Source of the DNA: Mizuhopecten yessoensis
Lineage: Eukaryota
DNA: 64,000 nt
Assembly: GCF_002113885.1 (NCBI RefSeq)
Contig: NW_018408896.1
Span: 2,870,487 to 2,934,486 of the forward strand
Direction: 5' to 3'
Made by a program: the position numbers and the translations under genes. Each line of letters starts with the position of its first letter. Position 1 is the stretch's first letter. Of the stretch, positions 1 to 39,646 are shown in pieces. The notes under the pieces are model-generated. The model was not told the DNA's origin, searched no databases, and saw only the letters and a program-made list of their open reading frames with translations.

Positions 1-3000
1 CAAAAGCAGCCCCAGAACGTTTGATGAAACGCATGGTATGTATGCAACTGTATCATTCATTTGTTCAAGAATTCTTCCTTAGCCACCAAACCACTAAGGA
101 CTCCGAGTGACATACCAAGCGGCACCCCCAGGAAATATCGAGCCACAAACCCTCATGGTACTCGATGTCAATCGCTGATCCTTCGAAACAAAGCCAACAA
201 AAAGCACATTTCAGTCCTGATGACAATGAGCACAAGAGCGGATTAGTTACTCGGGAAACAGGGCTATGTCAGTGTCGGAAAATGCAACGAATTAAAGCCT
301 GTATTCAATAAGAGTCTTTATAACTCGTGGCGGTAGTTCACATAGGGTTAATTCACATATAAAAATAAGCCTTGCAGTATTGTATTTGTATGACCAAACT
401 AAACCAGGTAACCTTACCATCCTTCATCGTCAGACTGTGTCTTTTCACATACCATCAAAATATGTCACTCAAACTGACATTAATTACAAATCGGCTAATA
501 ATCCCGATCTTGATTATATATTCAGACCAACCAGATGATGCTGGCGACAATAGAACATTGTCCCAAAGAACATATCACCTTTTACATGTTCAAGTTTCCA
601 ACTACCCTTGAAGGAAAAACAAACGACCACGTGTCTACCAGAATAAAAAAAACAAGGAAGGATTGACGGCGATATATGTCAAAGTCCAAGAAGCACCTTA
701 AAAGGTGAAATTGTCCATGCCAATTAAAGACCCAACAGTATCATAGGAACTACCATCTGTTCTTGTATGAATGAAATGAAAGCAGCACGCTGGAATCAAA
801 GCCAGGTACACTTTACCCACAGCAATTTAATTCAAGGACGTCTGTTCAACCTTGATCCATCGAGTTTCTCTAGTATTTCTTTTCCCTTTATTCTGGTACA
901 TTTGTTATTTAATTGTAGAAATGTTAAAGTTAAATGCAAAGGATCTCTAAGCCTATACCACAATAAAAACATGATCTGTCTGGTGGCTAACTTCGAGGCT
1001 CTGTTTCGGGATACAATCAAGTACCTAGATGTACCTCGAAGTTGGAGTGGTAAAGGGCCAATCTTGGCGTTGGCGGCGCGGCGGCTTAGAGGTACACTGA
1101 TACAGCGGATAGTCACGGCAAGAACACACTTAATAACGTGAAAAGATGCAAAAATTGGGCAACTGGCCATATCTTAACTGTTGTAGTTCGCAAGTGTGAG
1201 ATCGGGGAGAAAAAAATAATATCTCATGACAATCATGTTTTTTGTCAATCAAGAGTGCACTCCGTATTCATTGCAAAGTGAATTAGTGGTAGTTGGCAGT
1301 TATGGCTAAACTTGGGCAGTCACATTCGCACTGAAAATCCTGATGTTCCTATAACGCTGGCGGTAGAATTTTTTTCATATCTTATATTTTTTACAGGGTT
1401 ACATATTTAGACATAGTTTACAATACGGCATTGTGTGTGTTGTACTTCAACCGTTTGTCCAATATCGGGTTAGCATTATTTTGTTGTAGGCCATCGAGTG
1501 TACCTCTTGAGTCTGTGGTTTACGTATTTCCTGTGTTGCAAAACATGGGATATGTCCGAATAACCTAAATTTTGCAACGAAAAAAACATCAGCTAAATTG
1601 CTCTTAGTTAAGATTGCCTTTAAGATGTGTTTGACCTTGCTTATTTGTTTGTCTTGCTATTTCTTTGACAGTGTCGAATCCCCCTTTGGTGATATGATAC
1701 TACTTTGACCTTGCATGACACTTCCTGATTATGAAACAGAAAATGCTTACATTTCAGGAACACCTACTCTTATTAACCTTGTGCTCTTTTAAAGGTAATT
1801 ATTTCCTTTGTTATGGCTTTAACGGTTTTGTTGACATCTCGATTTTCTCTCTTCTTTATTAATTCGTCCAGGCAGGGAGGTAACTGAACAGGAACGAGAT
1901 GAGGTAGAACTTCATGTCATGTCTCGCTTTTAATACCTGAGAATGCATAAAGTTTGTTATAGATAAATGTAGGATCTATTGTGACATTTGTGTATAGGAT
2001 TCGTTGTTATAGGACCTTGTAAATAGAAGTCTACAGTATACAAACCCAGTGATGTAAGTCCGATATCAGCCCTATTGTTCAATGTCTCGTGAGTTTATTG
2101 GGTTGATATTAAAGACATTAAAAATGATTCTTTTGAGGATATCTGAAAATGTGCAAATCTACTTTGCATTTAAAAGCCTTCGGAGGATAATCTGAAATCA
2201 CTTTACATACGTAATTTAAATTAAAATATGATCTGATGATATGCCGTGTGAAAAAATCACGTGTCGCTGAGCTAATGTATGCCCTGACGACATAATACCG
2301 CATCAGCACGTTTCATATTTGTAAATACGGAGCCCATGTCCTATATATTAACCCTTACGTAACTCACCATATATCTCACTTTCTATCACCCGATCTATAT
2401 TTAATACAAACTACCCTTCAATTTACTTATATAGCCCATCCTAATGATATTAGATAATCTCGAGCTCAACTTTCGATAGTTAACACATCATTGTCGTGGT
2501 GTGAACAACAAACTACGTTTATACACTATACTTCATAAGCTTCATGATAAATAGTCAATAACACACAAATGCTTTAATGATTGGTGAAAGAATATATCGA
2601 TATGTCCATGAGATCAAGCTAATCATCAACTGGCCTAATTAACACAACACGTCAGCCTTTATGATTCTTATTTTTCAAAATTTAGTTGCAAATCGGAAAT
2701 GATTTTGAGAATGTAACTTATAAAGTATTTGCAAATATGGCAAAGAACCGTGATACAGTTCGTCCTAAAATATAATCGAAATGTCCCCCATTCTGTCTCT
2801 GATTAAGGTTGAAAGTTTTACTTCCTACTCTGTGAGTATTGTTATCCTTGTATTTTGGGAGTTTCCAATGGAACACGTTTTTAAGTAAATAACGGCAGTG
2901 AAGAATATGAAAAACAAGAATAAATATCGAGTTCTATTGCGTTAAACATGAAATTATGAATGTTTTGTACACATTTTGATTTGTTTTTCGTCATCTCTAG

Positions 3001-3739
3001 AAGAAAATTCTACAATGTTAACTTTCTACATTTACGATGGACCAAATCAAGGTCTCAAGTCATCAATCAAGACATATGAGGTAATTTAAATTTGATGGGG
3101 GTGTGGGGTGGGGGTNTAACCGACATCTTGCTGTACCGATCGACCGAGTTTACCTTGGGTATACTGACCCACTCGAATAACAAACATGATACACCCTTAT
3201 ACATTGTTTATAAAAAGGAAATGACATGTAGTTCAGACATGTTGTACAGAGTGATCTGGTTAGTAGGGTGTCTATCAAAGACGTCGGTAGGTGACTCTAT
3301 TGCTGAACCCCAAATTAAGTGACCCTGTGATTGACATCTTCACTGGTAACCCTTCGACTGACCCTTTGTAGGTAGCTCTGTCCCTAACCCTTTTGTCTAT
3401 CAAGGATAGACTGGTGAGCCCGTCACTGACCCATATTACTGTGCCTACGTGCCAATAGGCATATACGTGTACTGTGCTTCAGGTGACGAGGCCGTAATGA
3501 CATGCGTGAACAACTGATACACAGACGGGGATAATTTAGATGATAATGTACTGTTGTTCTAGATTGAATATCAATATATAAAAATTCTCTAAGATCCTTT
3601 AAGACATAATGAATAAAGACAATATTCGTTAGAACACAAGCATGAAATATACAACAACAAAATAAAACCTAAAACCGAAATTCGAATTTAAAATCGATAT
3701 GTTTTGGCAAAATATGAACGAAAGAAAGATATAGAATTA

Positions 3740-4860
3740 CACGGAACCATTAAAAAGACTACAAAGATAACAACACCCATAGGTTATAGAAGGGTAAGTG
3801 TCTATGGCTTCATTGACTACAATCAAACTGTAAATCTAGGTCAAAAATAAGTAATGTCACGTCCTTCTAGCGAGAACCGGGGAAGTGACAAAAAACAACA
3901 CGGCACTCTAAAGTGCATACTCAAAAACACAAGTTATGTTGTATTCACAGGAGAGCAGTATTTGTAACTTGCATGCAGTCAACAGTTCGACACAAATCAG
4001 TAGGTCTTCATTTCTTTCTTGTCTAAACCAGATTTCTCCAAGAGAAGATGCAAATGGCTGTTAGAACACTGGACCCGATTTTGTTGATGATGGAAGCATA
4101 TCAGTGGGAGCAGATTTTGTACACTTTTTGAATATATACCTTGGAATAGGTTCAATGTCTTAAAATTTCGTTTGGAACTTTGTCATGATAACGAGCAACT
4201 CGTCATTTTAAGTTTGTTTAGCTGTGTCAGGCGACCACCAGTCCACATAGAAGCAATAGTTTCAATATCAAATCAATATCAATTTAATAGCTTTGCTTTC
4301 TTTTCTTTCTCTTTTTTTCCGAAGTCATTATCGTGTCTAGGCTGGATGAGAAGATTGCTCAACGTTTTTCATTGCTAGGTACATGTGATCGTTGACAGTA
4401 AGCTTGCTCCTTTCCAATAACAATTCTGCTTTACGTTGTTACTGTTTCTCAAGTTTCAAGTTTATAGGTTTCCTCAAATACCTTACAATGTACAACATGA
4501 GGTATCTTCTCACGAAATTCTTTCGTATGCAACGGTATGTTGGTACTAAACATCACAGCCTTTGATATCAGTTGTGCTTTGTCAATAAAGCGGTGTTCTA
4601 GGCACTTACCAGATCAACCAATGTGCTGTTCGTTGGCTAAAGCATGGGAGAGTATCGTAAAAAATGATCCGACACAGAAATATTTAGTATCTCCGAAAAG
4701 ATACTTCCCTCCTGGTCCTTTGAGACTTCGTTGCACATAGCAAGGTATTTTAACAGCCAATTGTCTCTTGAACCGCGGAGATGATTATTCATGATGAAAG
4801 GAGGAATACTAAGGCTGAAATAACGTACGAAGGCAGCGACAAACATAAAAGGATGACTGG
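3740..4860 (-). mobile_element. Highly decayed Penelope-like remnant
   Basis: 3790-3845 resembles the terminal motif at 60440-60500 and the reverse complement of 49920-49980; coding similarity is faint. Confidence 0.35.
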
Positions 4861-5389
4861 ATCCTCTCAGAGAGGCTGCACCATCGATTCAAAAGTCGTA
4901 AATTGTCAATTAAACATGTTTTATGATATTTAGATGACAATTAAACCATGCAAGTTTAAGAGTATGTCACAAGCAACATTTGTTTAACTTTCTTGAGGAA
5001 ATCAGGCCTTGTCAATGTTAATACAATTTTCGTCTTTATTTTTCTGACATCTAAGCAATCTGCATTTATGATTAAATGCAGTTAGCAAACACGTTAAGGG
5101 TGCGTCATAGAGTGTCTCGTGGCTTTGACTCGGTATTGGTAAAAGTATTACTATGGATATCCTTGGTTACAGAGCAACTATTTTTTATTTAAACACTCCA
5201 TCACAGTGAAACAGTTAACAAGTTTATAGTACTTTGGTTAACCAAATGATATCATTTGACTTAATGGCGGCATTTTCTACCTTTCAGTACAAAGTTGGCT
5301 TACTCTTGGTGATGTTTTCTTGTACTGAGACACTGACCGTCCAATTGTGGCTATTGACTCAGCTGTCTCTTGGTAATAACTACTATAGT

Positions 5390-7095
5390 GTATGGTTAAA
5401 AAGACGTCCTTTGTTGTTTTTTGTTGCCTACCCGTGGTTGATGAGACGTCCCTTGGTGTTTTTGTGTTGTCTACCCGTGGTTGATAAGACGTTCATTGGT
5501 GTTTTTTGTGTTGTCTCTTTCTGGTTGATAAAACGTCCCTTGGTGTTTTTGTGTTGTCTCTTTCTGGTTGATAAGACGTCCCTTGGTGTTTTTGTGTTGT
5601 CTCTTTCTGGTTGATAAAACGTCCCTTGGTGTTTTTGTGTTGTCTCTTACTGGTTGATAAGACGTCCCTTGGTGTTTTTGTGTTGTTTCTTTCTGGTTGA
5701 TAAGACGTACCTTGGAGTTTTTGTGTTGTCCCCTGCTGGTTGATAAGACGTACCTTGGAGTTTTTGTGTTGTCCCCTGCTGGTTGATAAGACGTACCTTG
5801 GAGTTTTTGTGTTGTCCCCTGCTGGTTGATAAGACGTACCTTGGAGTTTTTGTGTTGTCCCCTGCTGGTTGATAAGACGTACCTTGGAGTTTTTGTGTTG
5901 TCCCCTGCTGGTTGATAAGACGTACCTTGGAGTTTTTGTGTTGTCCCCTGCTGGTTGATAAGACGTACCTTGGAGTTTTTGTGTTGTCCCCTGCTGGTTG
6001 ATAAGACGTACCTTGGAGTTTTTGTGTTGTCCCCTGCTGGTTGATAAGACGTACCTTGGAGTTTTTGTGTTGTCCCCTGCTGGTTGATAAGACGTACCTT
6101 GGAGTTTTTGTGTTGTCCCCTGCTGGTTGATAAGACGTACCTTGGAGTTTTTGTGTTGTCCCCTGCTGGTTGATAAGACGTACCTTGGAGTTTTTGTGTT
6201 GTCCCCTGCTGGTTGATAAGACGTACCTTGGAGTTTTTGTGTTGTCCCCTGCTGGTTGATAAGACGTACCTTGGAGTTTTTGTGTTGTCCCCTGCTGGTT
6301 GATAAGACGTACCTTGGAGTTTTTGTGTTGTCCCCTGCTGGTTGATAAGACGTACCTTGGAGTTTTTGTGTTGTCCCCTGCTGGTTGATAAGACGTACCT
6401 TGGAGTTTTTGTGTTGTCCCCTGCTGGTTGATAAGACGTACCTTGGAGTTTTTGTGTTGTCCCCTGCTGGTTGATAAGACGTACCTTGGAGTTTTTGTGT
6501 TGTCCCCTGCTGGTTGATAAGACGTACCTTGGAGTTTTTGTGTTGTCCCCTGCTGGTTGATAAGACGTACCTTGGAGTTTTTGTGTTGTCCCCTGCTGGT
6601 TGATAAGACGTACCTTGGAGTTTTTGTGTTGTCCCCTGCTGGTTGATAAGACGTACCTTGGAGTTTTTGTGTTGTCCCCTGCTGGTTGATAAGACGTACC
6701 TTGGAGTTTTTGTGTTGTCCCCTGCTGGTTGATAAGACGTACCTTGGAGTTTTTGTGTTGTCCCCTGCTGGTTGATAAGACGTACCTTGGAGTTTTTGTG
6801 TTGTCCCCTGCTGGTTGATAAGACGTCCCTTGGTGTTTTTGTGTTGTCTCTTACTGGTTGATAAGACGTCCCTTGGTGTTTTTGTGTCGTCTCTTTCTGG
6901 TAGATAAGACGTCCCTTGGTGTTTTTGTGTTGTCTTTTTGTGGTTGATAAGACGTACCTTGGTGTTTGTGTGTTGTCTCCCCGTCGTTGATAAGACGTCT
7001 CTTGGTGTTTTTATTGTCTGTTGTACTTTTTTATGCTGTGTCGTTACGGTTGATATGACGTCCCTTGGTGTTTTTGCTTCATCTCTTCGTGGTTG
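5390..7095. repeat. 43-bp minisatellite, about 39 copies with a homogeneous core
   Basis: Unit GGTTGATAAGACGTACCTTGGAGTTTTTGTGTTGTCCCCTGCT; essentially identical copies about 5695-6825, degenerate flanks. Confidence 0.97.
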
Positions 7096-7360
7096 ATTCA
7101 ATGTGTAAATTCATTAAAACTTTGGTCCCTTAATGATTTTGTGCAAAGTAGTGTGTTTGTTGAGTACAAATATGGTTACCTCTTGGTGTTTTTGGTTGTT
7201 TTCACTTTTAACACAAACGTTGCGGTTCAACCACCTGGTAACATAGCAACAGTGCATATGGTTGTAAATGATTCCAGATTTATTGCTGTACATTAACTTG
7301 GCTGTTACATTAACTTGGCTGTTACATTGAAGCATGGGTTTCTCTTTGATTGAAGTGCAG

Positions 7361-7916
7361 TTTTGGTTTGGTTTGTTTGTGTTCTACGTCCAATTAACAG
7401 CCACAATCATTACAATTTTGGTTCGGTTTGTTTGTGTTTTACGTCCTATTAACAGCCATAATCATTACAATTTTGGTTCGGTTTGTTTGTGTTTTACATC
7501 CTATTAACAGCCATAATCATTACAATTTTGGTTTGGTTTGTTTGTGTTTTACGTCCTATTAACAGCCATAATCATTACAATTTTGGTTCGGTTTGTTTGT
7601 GTTTTACATCCTATTAACAGCCATAATCATTACAATTTTGGTTTGGTTTGTTTGTGTTTTACGTCCTATTAACAGCCATAATCATTACAATTTTGGTTCG
7701 GTTTGTTTGTGTTTTACATCCTATTAACAGCCATAATCATTACAATTTTGGTTTGGTTTGTTTGTGTTTTACGTCCTATTAACAGCCATAATCATTACAA
7801 TTTTGGTTTGGTTTGTTTGTGTTTTACATCCTATTAACAGCCATAATCATTACAATTTTGGTTTGGTTTGTTTGTGTTTTACGTCCTATTAACAGCTATG
7901 GTCTTTACAATTTTGG
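7361..7916. repeat. 55-bp minisatellite, 10 copies, SINE-tail derived
   Basis: Unit TTTTGGTT(T/C)GGTTTGTTTGTGTTTTAC(G/A)TCCTATTAACAGCCATAATCATTACAA. Confidence 0.95.
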
Positions 7917-8744
7917 ATAAAATATAGAACCTTGGTTGTCAACACACTTAATTAAAGTGCAATCTTAGTTGCAAAACACTTAATCATACTGAAACTGTGT
8001 TGTCTCTAGGTTACATAGTGGCATTGTTTACCCAAACACTTAACAACAGTGCACATATTGTTAAATTGCAGACTTGGTTGTCACACATTTAGCTACAATG
8101 CAACTTTGTTTTCTCTGAATACAAAGCAAAACCCTCAAGTTTGTATTGTTAAGAACTCTGTTGTTCCTTGGTTCCAGTATAACCTGGGTTGTCCTGATAC
8201 ACAAGTACATAGTAGCTGATGTCTTTGGGTTACACAGCAATCTCAGACACCGGGAATACTTCAAACTTATGGTTTTCATTCGTTACTTGCAACATGGGTT
8301 GTGAAAGTATAATGCAACTTCGTTGTCTTTCTGGAACATTGAAAAATTGGTTGTCTGTACATTTAAAAACAACGTAACTTTTGTTTCTTGGCCATAGTGC
8401 AATAATGGTGGTCAATTCATTTGACTACTAAGACAACTTTGTTGTCGTATGGCAACATAGCATCTTTAGAAGTATTTGTGACCTGTTGCTGCAAAATAAT
8501 ACTATACAAATACAAGAGAGTTGAATGTATTAAATACTCGTTAATCAGTCATCAATCTCTCTATCCAGTCTGCATCTAAGTTTGTGGACACATTTCCCAT
8601 TTTTATCCAAAAGTGTTAAATTAATTTAGAGAAATCAGTCAGAACCAAACCATTAAAACAAAGGGGACTGGATTTAACAAGGCTTGATTGCACACATGAA
8701 ATGAAAACAAAGACTATAGAGTTATTTTTTCTGTTTTCAAACAT

Positions 8745-8750
8745 TTTATT
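8745..8750 (-). terminator. Candidate distal polyadenylation signal (AATAAA) of the oxidase gene
   Basis: AATAAA on the minus strand followed by GT/T-rich GTCTTTGTTTTCATTTC. More proximal AATAAA hexamers also occur near 12370, 12285, 11555 and 11435. Confidence 0.3.
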
Positions 8751-10483
8751 CATATTCAGTTGTTGTTGGTCACCATCCCGTCATCACACACTGCACAGTA
8801 CCACAGGTAGAGTAGCCTCCCCAATTAGGTTAGCTGGAAATGCCATAACTTAAAGGAATGCTGACATATTAACACTGTGTAGTAAAACAAAGGAGAAAAG
8901 ACTATTACTTCTAGTAGCTTTGCCGGAGGAGGATAACCATTGTGTACAATTTTTATGAGTGAACAGTGTGGCTAAAATGAGGACTAAATGTAACTGCCCT
9001 ACAATATCATTGACTTGCCATAAATATATGTTTACCAACAAATGGACAGGGCAATGGGTTTACCTCAACAACCACTTAGTCATGCATCAATGTCATGGCT
9101 TTCGTATGATTTCCTCTCACTGCTTTCTAATGCAACTAAAATGACTTGTTCCAAATTCTGCTAAAATACACATAAAAAATAAAAACAACAAAAAATAGGC
9201 TATAAATGATTATAATGTGAAGTCCCATTTCTAATAAAATGCGATTTATAAAGCACAACTTGTTACTAGTATTGAGCAAATTAAAAGATGTCAACTCATT
9301 TCTTTATCATTTGGTTCACAAGTATGATGAATCAAGTATGTTGGGACAGATAATGATCGTTGCCTTTGATCATTGATATCTAGATCTGGCCAAGTTTTTC
9401 ATGACTTTGATTTGTTGTTTAAAACATCTTCCATCAAAATTTGTGTTAAAGTCACTTCAAGTCCTGAGAACTTAGATATATAAGTTTTTGAGCGATGTCT
9501 TGAAGAATTTGGCCCGAAAATCTACACATTATTCATAAATATACTGAAGCAAGTTAACTGCTCTTTGAACATTGGACGGTTTGTGAGTGCTGTTCTGACT
9601 CCAATTTCATGAACAAATATCAGATATTAATCTTCTCTTAGGTTTGTTTTGCCATCCTTTAATTTGTTATCAATGTATTAAGCTATAAATCCCAAATATT
9701 CATGATTTTAAATTTCACAGCGCAAAATGTCACTTGCATGGTAAAGAAATTCTGATAATTGACCTCACACAGGGACAATATGGATTCTCAATATTGAATG
9801 ACCAATCACAGAAGTCGTTACATAATCCACTAATTATAGAATGCAAATATGTACTGGAGAGTTGACTTAAGCTGGAGTAAAATATTAGTACTACACTTTT
9901 ATAATAATTCAAAGAAACTATGAAATATCTAAAACTTAAAAAGAAAAAAAACCCACTCATATTTGTAAGTAAATTTCCTCTAGCATTAGTTCAAAAGTAA
10001 TGAGATTGTAATTATTAAAACAGTGGTTTCTATATCTTGGCTAAAATGCAAATGTAATAAAGTGGAATACACCAACAGTTGTATTCTGCTATCTCAACCA
10101 TATTTCTTTTATATGCCAGGGTTGCACCTTTTGTTTTCTTAATTTGAAATTCAAACATGCCAAATTGACTATTTTTTATCATAAATTTCTGGACTCACAA
10201 AAAATATTTCAAATCTTTACTAATATTAAAGTAAACATTTGCTAGTCCAATCATATAGACATCTAGAGTAAATGTCATGCATAAATGGCAAACATAATAT
10301 TGAGAAAATTAAAGACTGATCTAGATATTCCCTTTGATAGAAATTGGAGCCAGCTGTCAGTGAGAAAGGGTGGAGGGAGTGGACAAACGGTAATGGGTGA
10401 ATAGAAAACAAGGCGATAGAATTCTAACCTCTAACCGCAGCTTGATGACATGGATGAACAACTCAAGTTTCAATGTCTACGAT

Positions 10484-10665
10484 GTCCAACTGATGTCGGT
10501 GCATACTGATGTCAGTGCATACTGACAGTTCATACTGATGTCGGTGCATACTGATGTCTGACAGTCCATACTGATGTCAGTGCATACTGATGACAGTCCA
10601 TACTGATGTCAGTCCAAAATGATGTCGGTGCATACTGATGCCAGTGCATACTGATGTCAACTGAC
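10484..10665. repeat. Short degenerate tandem repeat (about 16-bp CATACTGATGTCRGTG)
   Basis: About 9-10 occurrences of the CATACTGA(TG) core. Confidence 0.85.
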
Positions 10666-13274
10666 CTATTTTAGCACAGACTTTATGAACAGCGCCAACA
10701 TTTCTATTACATATCAAGTGCAATGTAAAGGCTGATGTTCTATAATAGATGATAGATAAGTGCACTGAAGTAGGCAGCACTACAATGGTGTTTTGCTACT
10801 TTAAGTAAATTCACAGTATCTCATCATCAAGCCGGCAATGAACAGTAAAGCTAACTTAGATATACATAACATGTATATAACTAAGACGCTAAATAACTTT
10901 ATGCATCATTGAACGAATCATGCTCCTCACCAACGTCACTCATGGACACTATACCAGAACGTCAATGGAAAATAAAATGGTAAATAAAACAGAAATGTTA
11001 ATCGGAGGTAAATGCCACTATTGAGGTACATGTTACTAGCCTTCATAACCTATTGCCTGCTTAATAAATAGACTTTCAATTGCAGTGGTAAAACAAACAC
11101 AAGGTAATTCGGATAGTTAAAATCAGTGTCATGTAGTCGTTCAGACGGGTGAAAGTTGTCGTGAATTCTTCAAAGGCCAGTAAAATCACATATCTATAAC
11201 ACATATATTATATGGTGCATATTGGCATCTTATATTTCAAACTGCAAAAAGTATAAATTTTCTGTTTTGGATGGATATTTTAACTTCTTGATTAATTTTA
11301 ATCATTGTGACATATGAATTTCAACAATCAGATATATTGTACTTGTAAATCAAGAACATGGTATTTTATAAATTTTGTTCACAATGGTGGGAACAATAAC
11401 TATTGCTTCCTCCTCCATCAAATCATACACTAGTTTATTCACCTCAGTGGCAACATACATGTACAGAATAACGGGCACTAACCTGAACTCGCTTATTTCC
11501 TATATCTATATTTCTTTTATTAACAAAATAATCTTCACTTAAATGGTACAATTTTTATTTTTTTGTCAAGGAATGAGACCATGTTATATACATGACACTC
11601 TAAGAACGAACCATTTGATGGGGAAGACCATTTCATACCATGTGATGTGATTTTGACCAATCAAAGAGCTCCACTTTAATTTATCAAAGTTGTAATAATT
11701 CAGAATCACATCTTTTTTGTAATATTTAAAACTCTGATATAAAGACATATATAAATGAAGAGAGTAGGCACGGAACTGAAGTTGATACAACATAACTATA
11801 ACACAGCAATGACGACAACATCAGAAGTTGCGAAATACAGACTCTCTACTTCAGACGACAGCCATCGGAAAAACATAGAAACAGGAAAGGACGAAATATG
11901 TCCAAACTGTTGATACAAACTGTAACGATTTTCATTAGTGACCACACGTCGTGTCCAACTCCTAAGACTAGATTTTGTAAATAAGACATGTTTGGCCTGA
12001 ATTGCTATTTAAGCCGTAATCAACGACAACAATTAAAACTGCAATACATTAGGACTGACTATTGTAACAACAAGTATACTATCACACTCCTAACAAATCT
12101 CAATCCAAACACCCGTCTCTCTCAAACATACAATCAATAACTTTCAGTGGGTGCATGTGGCAATTATAGAATTCCTGGCCCAGTGCTAGCATTCACTTCT
12201 CAAGTTCTTGAATGTATATATATATATATGTATATATTTGTGTAGACAATTGTCTACGCAATTGTGATAATTGTTAATCGCATTTATTGAGTGTCCTGGT
12301 TCCTGACCTCAAGGTCACCACAGAGCGGGACCTACAAGTGTAGTGAAGGTCTTATATCAATCCATACTTATTCATTCCAACATCTTCATAAAACTTGTAC
12401 AGGGGATATACAGGGAAGTTTCACATCCTTCATTCACTTCAATATATAAATCATAACGCTGGCATAGGACACAGTCTCTCATCTACTTTCTCTTCTCCAT
12501 GTGAATATACAACATGACAATTATCCACTTAATGATATACATGTCTATGTATATATTATATTATATAATACAGGCAGTCCTCATTTTCCAACTTTGAGCT
12601 GAACACATGTGTAACTTAAAACAAGCACCCTACTTTATATGTGACAGGTAACAAGCATGTGTTGGAGCACACTGCATAGGATCTTCTGTAATAATACAAA
12701 CTTTACTTTGGGACCAATACACTGGTCTAGTCTCCTCTGGGGAAACAATAGCATTGTTGCATTATCTGTAACACATCCAAGTAGTTCACTCTACATTTTT
12801 GCATTTTTTAATCTAAAGAAACTGTCATATCAGTCTTTCAGGATAGCACTTACAATATTAAATATACATATCCAATATATTCAGCGGCACACAATTGTCT
12901 TCATTCACACCAGGAGGAATTCCCATCATATGCTGATGGTCATTCTAGTGTTTGTATTTGTCAGTTGCACAGATAAATGACATCACAGGGTGATTGTCAC
13001 CTTTCATAAAATAGTCAACACAGGTTTGCGATATAACTGGCAGAATCATCTATTTCGAACAGCAAAGAACAAAGTCACTTTCCAATTTTCAGAGTATGTC
13101 ATAAAAAATTGTTAAGTGCACAATGAATGGTAATCATTCTCTGTGCATGAAAGTTGAAACTTTCCTCGAGTGTTTTTGGCTTGCCAATGACGCATCGTTC
13201 TTAGCTATAGCTAGTTTCCTGTATTTGACAGGTCCCTATGATCCCCGGTAAGAAAACATTATTGTAGTAACTCC

Positions 13275-39356
<26,082 letters not shown>

Positions 39357-39446
39357 GCAACAGTTTCAGACCAGCTGACCGAGAACGTCAGCAGTTGTTG
39401 AATGGAAATATATCTATAGAGGCGATATTTATAATGTAGCTGTGTG

Positions 39447-39533
39447 TTATAAAAACCAGTCGAACACAGTCCTACTCTCCTCACATATAAGCCTACAGTG
39501 TTTAAAGATGTAACTCCACTGGTTCATGAACAT
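39447..39533 (-). promoter_or_regulatory. Upstream ORF, 28 aa (MFMNQWSYIFKHCRLICEESRTVFDWFL*), in the putative oxidase 5' leader
   Basis: ATG in GAAGATGT context; stop 90 nt before the main ATG. Leader status assumes a TSS near 39571. Confidence 0.55.
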
Positions 39534-39543
39534 CTTCCCACAT
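39502..39543 (-). promoter_or_regulatory. Upstream ORF, 13 aa (MWEDVHEPVELHL*), overlapping the 28-aa uORF out of frame
   Basis: Direct translation of the minus strand; first ATG after the putative Inr. Confidence 0.45.
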
Positions 39544-39567
39544 CGACTGCGACAAGATTTGTTTAAC

Positions 39568-39646
39568 AACTGAAGCGTTTTCACAGCACATATTTTGATG
39601 ACGTCAAAAGGTGTGGCCTCCACATGAGGTCAAGGGTTAAAGTTCA
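39568..39646 (-). promoter_or_regulatory. Putative core/proximal promoter: Inr-like TCAGTT (39573-39568), CRE TGACGTCA (39599-39606), E-box CACATG (39621-39626), AGGTCA-A-GGGTTA-A-AGTTCA (39627-39646, + strand)
   Basis: Consensus motifs clustered within 80 bp, 210-290 bp upstream of the ATG. Confidence 0.55.

Noticed and set aside
767-1170. Overlapping 124-aa and 112-aa ORFs
   Set aside because: No recognisable domain; the surrounding DNA looks like decayed retroelement sequence but too faintly to call.
5647-7101. 484-aa repetitive ORF
   Set aside because: Produced by a stop-free 43-bp minisatellite cycling through all three frames; no splice or domain support.
39357-39533. N-terminal extension of the oxidase by read-through from the in-frame 28-aa uORF
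   Set aside because: A second in-frame TAA lies six codons after the uORF stop.
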